A DNA stretch of 63,908 nucleotides, filler included, from Octopus bimaculoides (lineage: Eukaryota): the NCBI RefSeq assembly GCF_001194135.2. It is 5 parts of 5 records of this genome, joined end to end, with 100 filler letters (N's around TTAATTAATTAA, not from the genome) between each part and the next. Parts side by side here need not be neighbours in the genome. Positions count along the whole stretch, not along the records: positions 1 to 19,375 come from NC_068988.1; positions 19,476 to 40,923 come from NC_069000.1; 3 more parts are not named here. One strand, given 5' to 3'. Shown here piece by piece: positions 13,313-25,533 of this stretch. The notes below the pieces were generated by a model. That model was given only the letters and a program-made list of their open reading frames with translations, was not told where the DNA came from and searched no databases. Position numbers and translations under genes: made by a program. Numbering within the stretch: position 1 is the first letter of the stretch; each line of letters begins with the position of its first letter.

Positions 13313-13486
13313 CGCAACAGTTCTGTCTCCTGGTTCTTGGGTCCCTAGAACAATTTCACCCGTCGAATCTATTTTGCCACGCTGGTCTCCAACCGTTAAT
13401 GATTCAACAAGTTTACAATCTATATACATTTCCACGTTTTCTGTCCCGACAGAAAAGTGAAGTTTATGCCATGATTTGGTAAAAAG
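13313..13486 (-). CDS. Collagen TSPN domain exon: LFTKSWHKLHFSVGTENVEMYIDCKLVESLTVGDQRGKIDSTGEIVLGTQEPGDRTVA (FACIT-like collagen, COL12/14/21/22-like family)
   Basis: Acceptor CTATTCTTTTGCAG|, donor |GTAAGT; 174 nt, phase 0/0; LF..WHKLH.SV....V..Y.DC motif of TSPN/LamG; joins in frame to FDLQWMV exon. Confidence 0.93.
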
Positions 13487-14940
13487 CTGCAAAAGAATAG
13501 CAAATAAACTGTTCAATTTTCTGGTATAGAAATCAATTCAAAGAACAAGTCGAAATTTTACACCATTCGAAGATATTTGTACCACCATAAGCACGAAAAT
13601 ACATCCTTATCTGAAATATTACGTGATACAGCATAACACCCAACTAACCAAAATGGAATAATGGACTCTTCTGTCCTGAACGAGTGTTGAGGGTTCTGCA
13701 AATCCTTCCTAAACAACCTTCACAGATGATTTGTTTAACCTGATCAAATGCTTGCGCTGCACATCAGCTCGTTCCCTCGTTCGAAACGACAATGCAGGTG
13801 CACAATGTGCCACACGTCAGGTGTCAAAGGGATCGCGGAGTAACGTGAAAACCGAAGTGGTTTCACCGAGAACACAACGCAGCATTAAAAACACGATCCG
13901 GGCCTCAAAAACAGGATGTTGCAAGCATGAACGCAACATCCAAACTGCTAGGCCAGAAGTCGAATAAATATGTGCGAAAATAAAATTTATTAAAATATCT
14001 AAAACGGATGTCACCAATATTTTCAAGATATTTTCGAAAAAAACAAATTTCGAAACTTCTTAATGACTCAATTACCGTCCTAAATCTACGCTGCTTTTCC
14101 TTAACACACACGGTATGTAGAGCTATGAATCCGATATGAGTGAAAAAGAAAACAACAACAACATGCAAGTACCGTTAACAGCTTTATTCTGGTATATCCT
14201 CAGATTTATTTATGATAAAATCATTTCCTGTTATCTACATATTTGCTGAGTTTGAAAAAAATTGAGTCAGAGCGGCATTTCTAAATGTCAAGGTTATGCA
14301 CTTCATTCTGTTGGTTTATCTTCATTAACATCTAATTTTGAATCAGCAAACAGCGGGGTTTACATTGGCCTATATGCATTATGTGTCGTTTTTTCTGCAG
14401 TATAAGTAAACTGTTTAATGTAAATGGGGTTTATAGCGGGTGTAAGAAACCAGGAATAGATAAAGGATAATCACAACAGCGGGGAAAACATGGCTTATGC
14501 GTGTATGAATATTTGCGGAGGAGAGACTGGATGAGTTTGTTAGTTGAAATGACTGTGACAAATAAAATTTTTATTTAATAGCTTTGCAATCTGCGTCACT
14601 GTTCAGCAGCTTTAACTGTGAGAGAGGGAATATANNNNNNNNNNNNNNNNNNNNNNNNNNNNNNNNNNNNNNNNNNNNNNNNNNNNNNNNNNNNNNNNNN
14701 NNNNNNNNNNNNNNNNNNNNNNNNNNNNNNNNNNNNNNNNNNNNNNNNNNNNNNNNNNNNNNNNNNNNNNNNNNNNNNNNNNNNNNNNNNNNNNNNNNNN
14801 NNNNNNNNNNNNNNNNNNNNNNNNNNNNNNNNNNNNNNNNNNNNNNNNNNNNNNNNNNNNNNNNNNNNNNNNNNNNNNNNNNNNNNNNNNNNNNNNNNNN
14901 NNNNNNNNNNNNNNNNNNNNNNNNNNNNNNNNNNNNNNNN

Positions 14941-14977
<37 letters not shown>

Positions 14978-15494
14978 TATATATATATACACACCAAGAA
15001 ATATCCCAACACGCACATGTCTATCAATAGCGAAGGGGTAATTCATAAACAACAAACAGTGAAATCGCCACAATCACTCACTCTCTGAAATGAACGTTTC
15101 TGTGAGGTTGATAGCTTCCATATTGTAAAACCAGCTGCGGTTACCGTGGAAACGTTTTATATTCCAGAGAATCCCAAAGCACTAAGTTGGTTTCGTTTTT
15201 TAGTGTAAGCCTTTCGGTTCGTTTATGAAGCAAAGACATAGATGTGATACATTTCTTTACTAAAACAAAGGTATTTTTAAATGTCATTTCTTTTTAGAAA
15301 CACCTTTTCACGAACCAGCGAGGGAGTTGTTTAAGCTGCTAGAAGTAGAAGCCAAAGCTCTTCCATTTCACTCCCTGCAATCATTGAAAAGAAAGAGTTT
15401 ATTGGATAGTGTAACTGTGAATAGAGAAAAGAAAAAGACGAGTTAGTCACAGCGGAAAGCCTACCAACAATATAAAAAGAAACCCGGACTCTGT

Positions 15495-15742
15495 CAGTTA
15501 TGATGACGAGTGTTCCAGTTGATCCGACCAACGTAGCAGACCCGCGTATCCTTCACGTAGTTCTTAAGGAGACACAGAATATGACAAGGCCGGTCCTTTG
15601 AATTACAGGTACATCACATATTTGTGAGTTTGAGTTGACTGGAGCAACGTGAAAGGAAATGTCACAACGCGCGGCCAGGAATCGAACTTACAAACTTTCG
15701 ATTGTGAACCGAATACTTTTACCACTAAGCCACACGCCTTCA
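15495..15742 (-). mobile_element. Diverged tRNA-derived SINE
   Basis: Head TGAAGGCGTGTGGCTTAGTGG on minus; GTTCCAGTTGATCCGA tail shared with 25682 and 61683 copies. Confidence 0.75.
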
Positions 15743-17098
15743 CAGGATTACACATACACACCCACACGACATACACAGACGCACGCGCGCGTGTGTGTGT
15801 CGTTATCGTGAAGACAAGAGGGAAAAAGGACTTATGGGCCGGATTTTTCTGTTCGTATCTGAAATAACTATTCTAATAAACGAATTGTCAGTGTTGCAAT
15901 TATATCAGAATGTCTTTTGTTTGCTTCGAGTATTAAATTCAACTCCGTACAATATATTTAATGATAGCAACTGTCTTAGGTGGGAACTAGTTTCAGGAAG
16001 CAGATACCACGACTAAATAGGGTAAGTTATAAAAAAAAAGGGATGGATGGATAAGCGTCTTAAACAACATTTCGTAGTGTTAAACAGAAACCCAATCTTC
16101 AAGGCGTTGAATACGAAACAACAATATATTGAGTGCAGCATATCAGACGCGAAGTTGCTAGCCAAGCTAATTTCTCAGCTGCTAGTGGGAAAATTGTGTA
16201 AGAGAGAGTGAAGAGTGTCTTAAACCTATTTTTGAATCTGTCTTATATTACTCAATTACATTGCGGGATCTCTCTTTTGTACATCAATGAGATAGGAGCC
16301 AGGAGTTGGTAAACAAATGGGAGCACTAAACAAGGCGCGTGATAACCGAAACCTTCCTTTTGCGCTTATATATGCACGTGTGAATGTGTGTGTGCGTGTG
16401 TGCGCGTGTGTGTGTGCGCGTGTGTGTGTATGTGAGTATATATATATATATTTAAATACACATATACAGACAAACAATGCACACACACACACACACGCAC
16501 AAATATATACATATGTATGTATACACATATACAGACACACACATATGCGTATGTACGTATAAACATGCATACATATGCATGTGTGTATGTGCCTTGCTCA
16601 TGTGTGTGTATATACGTATTTAAACACAAAATCTCTGACACCGTTTAACCTTTACTCACTTCCCCTTACCTCTTCTCTTCAGCAGTGGAATTTTGTCTGC
16701 GAGGGCAGCACGATTCTGAAGACAATGCATTAATAAAATAGTTTGATTGCAATCAACATTAGGAATTTGAAACACTATCTCTCGGTATCTGCCTCTGTAA
16801 TCTTACAAAGCTATATTTGTTATTTACCCATTAGTTAGAAAGTATTGTTAAGATAAAGTGCTTCAGCTGACAACTGGAGGAAATTCTTTCGAACCAACAC
16901 ATGTGTGTTACATTTGGGTTTGTATATCGCAGCACCAATATTTATCACTATGGCAAAGGTGAAATGAAAAGAATGGCATGAGAAATAACAGTATGAGAAA
17001 GTTTCCATCGGCATTATTTGAAATTAACTAATTTATGAATATATTTCACGCGAACTCTTTATCTTGTCATTCGCAAGGTCTGAAAAATACAAGCAGTA

Positions 17099-17157
17099 AG
17101 ACTACGCGTCGCTGAAGAGGAACAATGAAATCGAAACATGTCTGAAGATGCCTGTCT
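17099..17157 (+). ncRNA. Hammerhead ribozyme motif (core intact, weak helices)
   Basis: GCGTCG-CTGAAGA-GG(10 nt)TC-GAAACATGT-C-TGAAGATGC; palindromic helix III ACATGT, GUC triplet; bulged helix I GCGTC/GATGC plus AGAC/GTCT. Confidence 0.5.
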
Positions 17158-17788
17158 ACTTAGCAAAGATCATATTATTTTCATATTGCCTTTTGTCGTT
17201 CAAATTAGATACCCAAGTCACCTCCCATGTGATTCTTCAAAACAAATATCATTAACGCAAGTTTTTTTTTTTTTTAGTGTTACAGGTGTAATATTGATTG
17301 ATTCAAATGTCTTTTGGTTAGAAAGCATTATATTAAGCAACCAGAAACTGTTATTATTTCACACGCAACTAAAATGAAACAGAAAGTTTTGTCGTGGGTT
17401 GGGCTACACTTCAAAGTATATATGATGGAGACACTTTCTCGGCGTTTGAGTTTCAAAAAGCACACACACACAAACACGCAAACACACACACATATGCACA
17501 TGTACACGCGCACACACAAACATACAAACACACACACACACAAACGCACACATATGCACATGCACACACACAAACACAAGCACACACACAAACACCCAAA
17601 CACACAAACACAAACACACACACNNNNNNNNNNAAAATGAATAGAAATTGCTTTTTCTGATAATTTTCCCACTTATAAACATTTAATTAATAAAGTGGGA
17701 AAATATATCAGAAAAGTCATATCTATTCATTTTTTCAAATATGCAATACTGTACCAAGGACCTCCTGTTTCTTTTTCTGCTATATATA

Positions 17789-18100
17789 AGGGTAGAGGAA
17801 CATCGCAAAACTGTGACACGGGGAGATATTGATAGATCGGGTATAGCTGATCATGTATGGAAACAATGGAGACCACCTCCCCCTGTGGGATGAAGTTAAA
17901 ATAATAGATAGAGAAAACCACTGGAAAATACGAAAACTGAAAGAAGCAGCACATATGCTAGGACACAACAACCTCCTAAGCAGACCGAGTGCAGATATGA
18001 ACAGCATATGGGAACCAGTATTAAGGAAGGATAGGAAAATATTAGATGGGCATATGGTAGTGGTTAAACCCAAGATTCCGAGTTCGATTCCAGGCAGTGA

Positions 18101-18139
<39 letters not shown>

Positions 18140-18279
18140 CATCGAGGAATACCTTAAAAATACCTGATGAAGGCTGGAGGGTATATCGGCCGAAACGTTG
18201 TTAACAACAGACAAGATGAGAACAAATATCCGTCAAATGTAAATAATGTAAATAATTCCTCGTCTCTTAAATATAGAAC
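17789..18279 (+). mobile_element. Penelope-like element 3' end (GIY-YIG endonuclease C-terminus, tRNA-like segment, (AAT)n, hammerhead tail)
   Basis: RVEEHRKTVTRGDIDRSGIADHVW then frameshift to GDHLPLWDEVKIIDRENHWKIRKLKEAAHM...; tail matches 32377-32655. Confidence 0.85.
18160..18204 (+). ncRNA. Penelope-associated minimal hammerhead ribozyme (helix I damaged)
   Basis: CTGATGA-A-GGCTG(10 nt)CGGCC-GAAACGT-T; palindromic ACGT helix III. Confidence 0.6.
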
Positions 18280-18701
18280 CTATTATTTTTACTTTTAAAT
18301 TTGTATTGGTAACACTGTAGATTTGGCATTTTATTATCTGCCAATAAAGAATTTAAATGTTTTCTTTACAGCAGTGATAGCGAATCTATGCTATACAAGT
18401 CAACAGTGAAACGCTACGGGAGTTTCGGTAACATGCAACAGAAAAAGAAATCTCCCTGCGATAGCATACTGATAAAACCGTGTCTGTAGCAGTTACCCAA
18501 AACTAATAGACTTGTATACATGCGATTTTTAATAGGCTTTTTTGTCAGAAACCCCCCTGCACAGGAAGGGGCAACGTGAGATCGCTTGCCTACATTGTCA
18601 CTCAACTAATAATTAATAGCGACCAAATCTCCTTCAGCTTCAAGACTCAGCCTTATAAATGGGATGAAACAATGGACAGTGTAATAATAAACACGCATAA
18701 G

Positions 18702-19083
18702 TGGAGGCGCAATGGCCCAGTGGTTAGGACAGTGGACTCGCGGTCATAGGATCACGGTTTCGATTCCCAGACCGGGCGTTGTGAGTGTTTATTGAGCCAA
18801 AACACCTAAAATCTCCACGAGGCCCTGGCAGTGGGTGGTGGTGAACTCTGCTGTCCTCTTTCACCACAAATTTCTCTCGCTCTTTCTTTCTGTTTCTGTT
18901 GTACCTGTATTTCAATGGGTCAGCCTTATCATACTCTCCGCCACGCTGAATCTCCCCGAGAATAACGTTAAGAGTACACGTGTCTGTGGAGTGCTCAACC
19001 ACTTGCACGCTAATTTCAAGAGCTGGATATTCGGTTGATCGGATCAACTGGAACCCTCGTCGTCGTAACCGACGGAGTGCCAC
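18702..19083 (+). mobile_element. tRNA-derived SINE family E, near full length
   Basis: TGGCCCAGTGGTTAGG A-box and GGTTTCGATTCCC B-box-like; matches 25682-26068 and 61683-61998 in reverse. Confidence 0.9.
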
Positions 19084-19375
19084 GAAATATGCATGCATAA
19101 TACATACATATATATACATCCAAAGATGGAGCCTTGTATCTTTGTTGGAAACCGGCTCCCTCCTCAGTGGAAGATTTATAATAATTAAAAAATAGAAGAG
19201 ACACATACATGCATTTCATGGGAAAATGCGAGCGAGAGAAATAATATTCTTAAGATTATAAACCTGGAAAATTACAGGACAACTTATTACACGTGGAAAA
19301 GTTCAGGACAACTTATTACCCCTGGTAAAGTGCAGAACAATAAAGATTTTACTTAAAATATTTCAGCTAAGGATA

Positions 19376-19475
19376 NNNNNNNNNNNNNNNNNNNNNNNNN
19401 NNNNNNNNNNNNNNNNNNNTTAATTAATTAANNNNNNNNNNNNNNNNNNNNNNNNNNNNNNNNNNNNNNNNNNNN
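19376..19475. other. Assembly spacer 44N-TTAATTAATTAA-44N (also 40924-41023, 55252-55351, 61999-62098)
   Basis: Identical 100 bp construct four times. Confidence 0.95.
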
Positions 19476-19611
19476 CAACTCTTTCGAAATGGTTTTTTTT
19501 TACAATATACTTACACGATGTAATCTATACATTTCCTTGTTTCCAGTTGAATTGATCGATCACTAGCCACTAAACCTTCTTTACTTTCTCTCTCCGGTTA
19601 TTTCTGTGTTC

Positions 19612-19647
19612 CTTTCTGCTGAAGAGCGTAGGCTCGAAACGTAAAAG
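19612..19647 (+). ncRNA. Minimal hammerhead-like motif with non-canonical position 6 (CUGCUGA)
   Basis: CTTT-CTGCTGA-A-GAGC-GTAG-GCTC-GAAACGT-A-AAAG; same family as 37819-37857. Confidence 0.55.
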
Positions 19648-20067
19648 AATTTCTCACTTCCTGGGCGTTATACTAATACACCTTTTGTTGTTTACACGCC
19701 CATCTTCGTCCTTTGTTTTCTTTCTATTTTTTTGTAAATTCCAACTACATACATATATATTTATAAACATATGTGTGCATACATACATACATACATACAT
19801 ACATACATACATACATGCATGCATGCAGGCATAGACACGCGCACACAGGCATGCAACAACGTCTCAGACATACGAATGTGGTCTCCGCAACAATTTAAGT
19901 GAAAAGTCATTGAAAAAGTTGGAATAGCGGATCTTTGACAAAAGAAAATTTTTAAAAAAGACTTACTGTTTAACTAAGTTAAACAAATAATCGTTTAGTT
20001 AGTTGGATATTTAGCCAATTCACTAATAATAAAGGTGTGCAATTAAACCGGTGCGTGAGTTAATATT

Positions 20068-20499
20068 CTTTTCAACTCTAGGCACAAGGACCGAAAATTT
20101 TGAGGACGGGTGAGGGGGCAGTCGATCACATTGACTGCAGTACGCAACTTGTAATTTATCGACCCCGAAATGATAAAAGGCAAAGTAGACCTCGGTGGAA
20201 TTTGAACTCAGAACGTAAAGACAGACGAACTACTGCCAAGCATTTCGCCGGCGCGCTAACGTTTCTTATTTCTTTATTGCCCACAAAGGGCTAAACATAG
20301 AGGGGACAAACAAGGACAGACAAAGGGATTAAGTCGATTGCATCGACTCCAGTGCGTATCTGGTACTTAATTTATCGACCCCGAAAGGATGAAAGCAAAG
20401 TCGACCTCGGCGGAATTTGAACTCAGAACGTAACGGCAGATGAAATACCGCTAAGCATTTCACCCGTCGTGCTAACGTTTCTGCTAGCTCACCGCCTTA
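20068..20499 (-). mobile_element. Head-to-tail dimer of family A SINEs flanked by 17 bp direct repeats
   Basis: GT[G/A]CGTGAGTTAATATT at 20051-20067 and 20500-20516; two GAATTTGAACTCAGAACG cores. Confidence 0.85.
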
Positions 20500-20654
20500 G
20501 TACGTGAGTTAATATTGGCATGATGACTGTCCCTAGACACAAAGAAATTTGTTTCATCACACGAATTCACATAAATAATCTTACAAACCAAATACAAAAA
20601 CGAAGTATATATATAAAACAATCATCAATAAATGTATATGAAATACGATAATTT

Positions 20655-21270
20655 CTTGGAACGAAGAACCAACGTGAAATTTTGCGTTAAACTTAGGAAG
20701 TCTATTACGGAGACATTGAGCATGCTTCGGCACGCTTACGACAATGACAATGAGGTAACGGCTCGTACGCAGTGTTTCGAGTGGCATGGGTGCTTCAAAA
20801 GCGGAAGAAATTCCCTTAGAAGACGATGAGCGATTTGGAAGGCCTGCTACAAGTGTCACCCCCAGAGATTTGGTATGTTGTATCGAGAATTCGTCCCACA
20901 GTGCCAGACCGTCAATCGAAAGTTTACTGCGACGTTTCGAAGCGTTTCAAGGAGGACATTCGGCAAACTGAACCGGAAATGAGGAGATTTCTCACTAGTG
21001 AGTTTCTCGCCAAAAACGACATGGTATCGCTTTGCACCCGCCTCATTTGCCAGATTTAGTACCTGCAGACTTCCATCTCATCTTCAAGATGAAAGTGCAG
21101 CTCAAAGGTCATCGTTTTAAAATCTGTCGAGATCCAGAACGATTCGTAAAAGGTACTTGACTCGCTTACGGAAAACGACTTGCAAGGGCAGGAACGCTGT
21201 ATTGCTGCGCAAGGTGATTATTTCGAAAGAGATGATATTAAAACTTAGGTAAATAAGTAATTTATTAAAC
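20655..21270 (+). mobile_element. Mariner transposase pseudogene (internally deleted)
   Basis: NVKFCVKLRKSITETLSML...QCFEWHGCFKSGRNSLEDDERFGRP N-terminus; later FLAKNDM..., KLKGHRF-like C-terminus with stops and frameshifts. Confidence 0.85.
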
Positions 21271-21299
21271 ACACACATACAGACACACACCTGTTTGTG

Positions 21300-21338
<39 letters not shown>

Positions 21339-22710
21339 ATGTACACATCTATGTGCGTGCATTTGAAGATGTGCATACGCGCACATTTACATAAGTAGAC
21401 GGGTACACGCACACACAGAAACGCAGAAAGACGTACACAGTCACATGAAAATAAATGGTGATCTTCAATGATTGGAAACCTTATACAATTAACCAGATAT
21501 AATTAAGTCGTTGGTGATGAGATTTCAGTATATTTTCGACAGTAATGTAGCTTGCCTCGGTAACACATGTACGGATGCTGTATTTTTATACGATTATAAT
21601 TCAGGATGTTTGTGTTACTCTTTGTTTACACCATTTATTTATATTCCATTTCGTCTAATCCAATCTTTTTATTGATGTGTATTGGCACAATACTCGTCTG
21701 ACTTGTCCCATATGGGGTTTTTCAATTCCCCTTTGGTATTCTTCAATTAACTTGATTCATTTTGTTCCGACAAATACATTCACACACATTAAATTATTTA
21801 ATTTATAACAACTAGCGTTTAGTGAGTTGCAAAAGAATTTAATGACTACGCTACAGGCAAACCTAGTCGATAATGTAAACAATCAAATGCGACCATTTAG
21901 CGCTGGATTCAAAACTATTATTTTTTTTGTTTTCGTTTACAAATGTTTTCTACAATGAAGAATTATTTATTGAAGTAAAGTATTATACTGTTAAAAATTC
22001 GATAAGGTTACAAACAGAATCTGAACTTCGATAATATTTAATTCATTGAAAATGGCAAAAAACAAGTCGACTACATTTGACTCTTTTGATATCAGTTGTT
22101 TGCAAACATGACGTATTGACTATTGTTATTTAACTGATCATGGAAACGAAAGCTGCCAGAATAACTTCATTGATATCAAATCAAGTTAAATAAATGTTCA
22201 ATTTTATGCAACATTTCACCAATTTTTACTTTAAATCGTTGTATGTATTGTTTTTTTCTTTTTTATTTAGTTAACCGAAACTAGCTTTATTTCCATCTGT
22301 TGTTAACAGATAAAATTTTATACAGATTTCATGCTAAGCGCTTCATGTTTTGAAATGTTTTGCAATTATCGGGGATGAACTGAAGCGAAATCGCAACCGC
22401 ACACAACACACACATACACACACACACACACACACACATACACACACACACATTCCTAGTTGGGTGACTCAAAACGGCAGTATCATACGTTCATAAGAAA
22501 AGGAAGACATGAAAATATGCTCCCGCTTAATGAAATGAATTGTCCTTAACTAAGAGGGGACTTAAAGAGCTATCAAATAAAAATCCCATATTTGACAAAA
22601 TTAGATGATTCTACACGATTTCCAGTTGCCTTCTACTATGCTGAATGAATGTATGCAAACTGTTTTTCTAGACTCATTTAAAGAAGACAGGGGTTAAACC
22701 TTTCATTAAC

Positions 22711-22924
22711 TTGCGAACGGGATGAGGGGTCTATTAAGCAGTTTGAGATCCATTTACTTATCTTGCAACAGTTAATGATATATAGGCGCAGGCGTGGTTG
22801 TACGGTAAGAACTTTGCTTTCCAGACACACGGTTCCAGCCCATTTGCGCCTAAATATCATTAACTGTTGCATGATAAGTAAATGGATCACAAACTGCTGA
22901 ATAGAACCCTCACCCCGTTCGCAA
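22711..22924. repeat. 80 bp inverted repeat with 54 bp spacer (fold-back)
   Basis: 22711-22790 versus reverse complement of 22845-22924: about 6 mismatches in 80 bp. Confidence 0.95.
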
Positions 22925-22932
22925 ATTACACA

Positions 22933-23045
<113 letters not shown>

Positions 23046-23150
23046 GCGCGCGCGCTTGTTTGTATGTTAGCAATAATTATAACGGTATAGAATATGGAAA
23101 CTTGTTCATTCTCGGAACTTATTTCCTCTTATTTCATAATTTTATATACC

Positions 23151-23380
23151 TATTTCTTTACTGCCCACAAGGGGCCACGCACAGAGGGGACAAACAAGGA
23201 CAGACAAACGGATTAAGTCGATTATATCGACCCCAGTGCGTAACTGGTACTTAATTTATCGACCCCGAAAGGATGAAAGGTAAAGTTGACCTCGGCGGAA
23301 TTTGAACTCAGAACGTAACAGCAGAAGAAATACCGCTAAGCATTTCGCCCGACGTGCTAACGTTTCTGCCAGCTCGCCTA
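23151..23380 (-). mobile_element. Family A SINE, full length, young
   Basis: Complete head, core and TAAAGAAATA tail on minus. Confidence 0.92.
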
Positions 23381-23399
23381 TATACCATACTATTATGGT

Positions 23400-23662
23400 G
23401 TTTGTGACCTAAACGTGCTTTCATTGCACAGATTACGGAAAACACATATAGGTCATAAAGCCATTCTGTGGAAACCACCGCATGGCAAGAGGAACAAAAG
23501 TGACTAAAAGCGACTTGGCGCCGCACCTTCATCGATGACCTCAAAACCATTGACATTTCATGGCATGAAGCTGAAATCGCCGCGGCCGACCGACCACGTT
23601 GGAGTAGCCTTGCCGCCCAATGCGCCACCCAGCGCAGGAGGGTCTAACCTTAAGACTAAGAC
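23400..23662 (+). mobile_element. RTE-type LINE 3' end
   Basis: ILWKPPHGKR... then TWRRTFIDDLKTIDISWHEAEIAAADRPRWSSLAAQC stop; short TAAGAC-repeat tail. Confidence 0.75.
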
Positions 23663-24553
23663 ATCTTATGAGTGGGGTGTCGTTGTGTTTGCTCCGCACT
23701 ACTGCTTGACAACCGGAGCTGCTTTATTTACCATCCTATACGAGTATATGTATATATATANNNNNNNNNNNNNNNNNNNNNNNNNNNNNNNNNNNNNNNN
23801 NNNNNNNNNNNNNNNNNNNNNNNNNNNNNNNNNNNNNNNNNNNNNNNNNNNNNNNNNNNNNNNNNNNNNNNNNNNNNNNNNNNNNNNNNNNNNNNNNNNN
23901 NNNNNNNNNNNNNNNNNNNNNNNNNNNNNNNNNNNNNNNNNNNNNNNNNNNNNNNNNNNNNNNNNNNNNNNNNNNNNNNNNNNNNNNNNNNNNNNNNNNN
24001 NNNNNNNNNNNNNNNNNNNNNNNNNNNNNNNNNNNNNNNNNNNNNNNNNNNNNNNNNNNNNNNNNNNNNNNNNNNNNNNNNNNNNNNNNNNNNNNNNNNN
24101 NNNNNNNNNNNNNNNNNNNNNNNNNNNNNNNNNNNNNNNNNNNNNNNNNNNNNNNNNNNNNNNNNNNNNNNNNNNNNNNNNNNNNNNNNNNNNNNNNNNN
24201 NNNNNNNNNNNNNNNNNNNNNNNNNNNNNNNNNNNNNNNNNNNNNNNNNNNNNNNNNNNNNNNNNNNNNNNNNNNNNNNNNNNNNNNNNNNNNNNNNNNN
24301 NNNNNNNNNNNNNNNNNNNNNNNNNNNNNNNNNNNNNNNNNNNNNNNNNNNNNNNNNNNNNNNNNNNNNNNNNNNNNNNNNNNNNNNNNNNNNNNNNNNN
24401 NNNNNNNNNNNNNNNNNNNNNNNNNNNNNNNNNNNNNNNNNNNNNNNNNNNNNNNNNNNNNNNNNNNNNNNNNNNNNNNNNNNNNNNNNNNNNNNNNNNN
24501 NNNNNNNNNNNNNNNNNNNNNNNNNNNNNNNNNNNNNNNNNNNNNNNNNNNNN

Positions 24554-24622
<69 letters not shown>

Positions 24623-25533
24623 TAAATACATCGTTATTTGTAGTCTTTCTGAATAACATGGCTCATAACAAATTATATTTTATATGGACCATATCTGAAC
24701 CGTTGATGATTCTTTCTGACTTTGTTGAAGTATTATTAAGATGCTTCGCTGCCATCTGATGCAAAATTCTATTTGTATCGAAGCTTGTTATTGAGGTTAC
24801 TCTGAAGGCGTTGTATCATCTAAAGCAATGTGTGAACATGGGCAAGATACGAAGATTTAATTTGTGGCGTGAAAAGAAGTGCATCATTAGGAAGTGAGCC
24901 AAATTTATGCCGTGCGTCAAGAATTGTCTGAGTCCTTTGTACATTTTTTGTTTTGTCATTTACTCGATTTTTATAATGCTAACCAAAGTTAAGAATTAAT
25001 GCGGCTGAGGTTCATTGAAGATATACACCAGATCTCCTATAGAACATGTCAGTCGATCTTCTTGTTGCATGAAGTGGGAATGACTGTTCATAAAAACAAT
25101 ACAAACTGATTTTTCCGGTTCAAGTGAAGCGAGATTTCTCATGAAATAGAAGCTGAAATCATCGATGTTTACGTATTTCATATAACCAAAATAAATATGT
25201 ATTTAAGTGTGAATTTTGAGGGTATAAACTTTCATGGATTACAAGGTAATGACCTACATATGAAAAGATACGCAAATTATGTAACACAAGGAACCAGCTT
25301 CAGTCAGTTTGCAGCTTTAACACAAGTTGTGTAGAACGTGGAATAAACTGATGACCAATGGTCTGATACTAATATAACCAGATACACATATATTGTGTCA
25401 GATTATTCATTTTAAACAGTATGTAACAAAATTAATCAAGGTAGGTTTAATAAGATCAGCTTTGGATATGTAGAGATGTGAGGGAAGCGAAGCTACAGAA
25501 ATTCTAATGAATTTCGGATATCCATTGGTCGAT

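Noticed and set aside
18372-18387. hAT-like terminal repeat CAGTGATAGCGAATCT
   Set aside because: No partner end or target-site duplication found.
19420-19431. TTAATTAATTAA repeated four times in the window
   Set aside because: Always centred in a 44N+12+44N block; a scaffolding linker, not biology.
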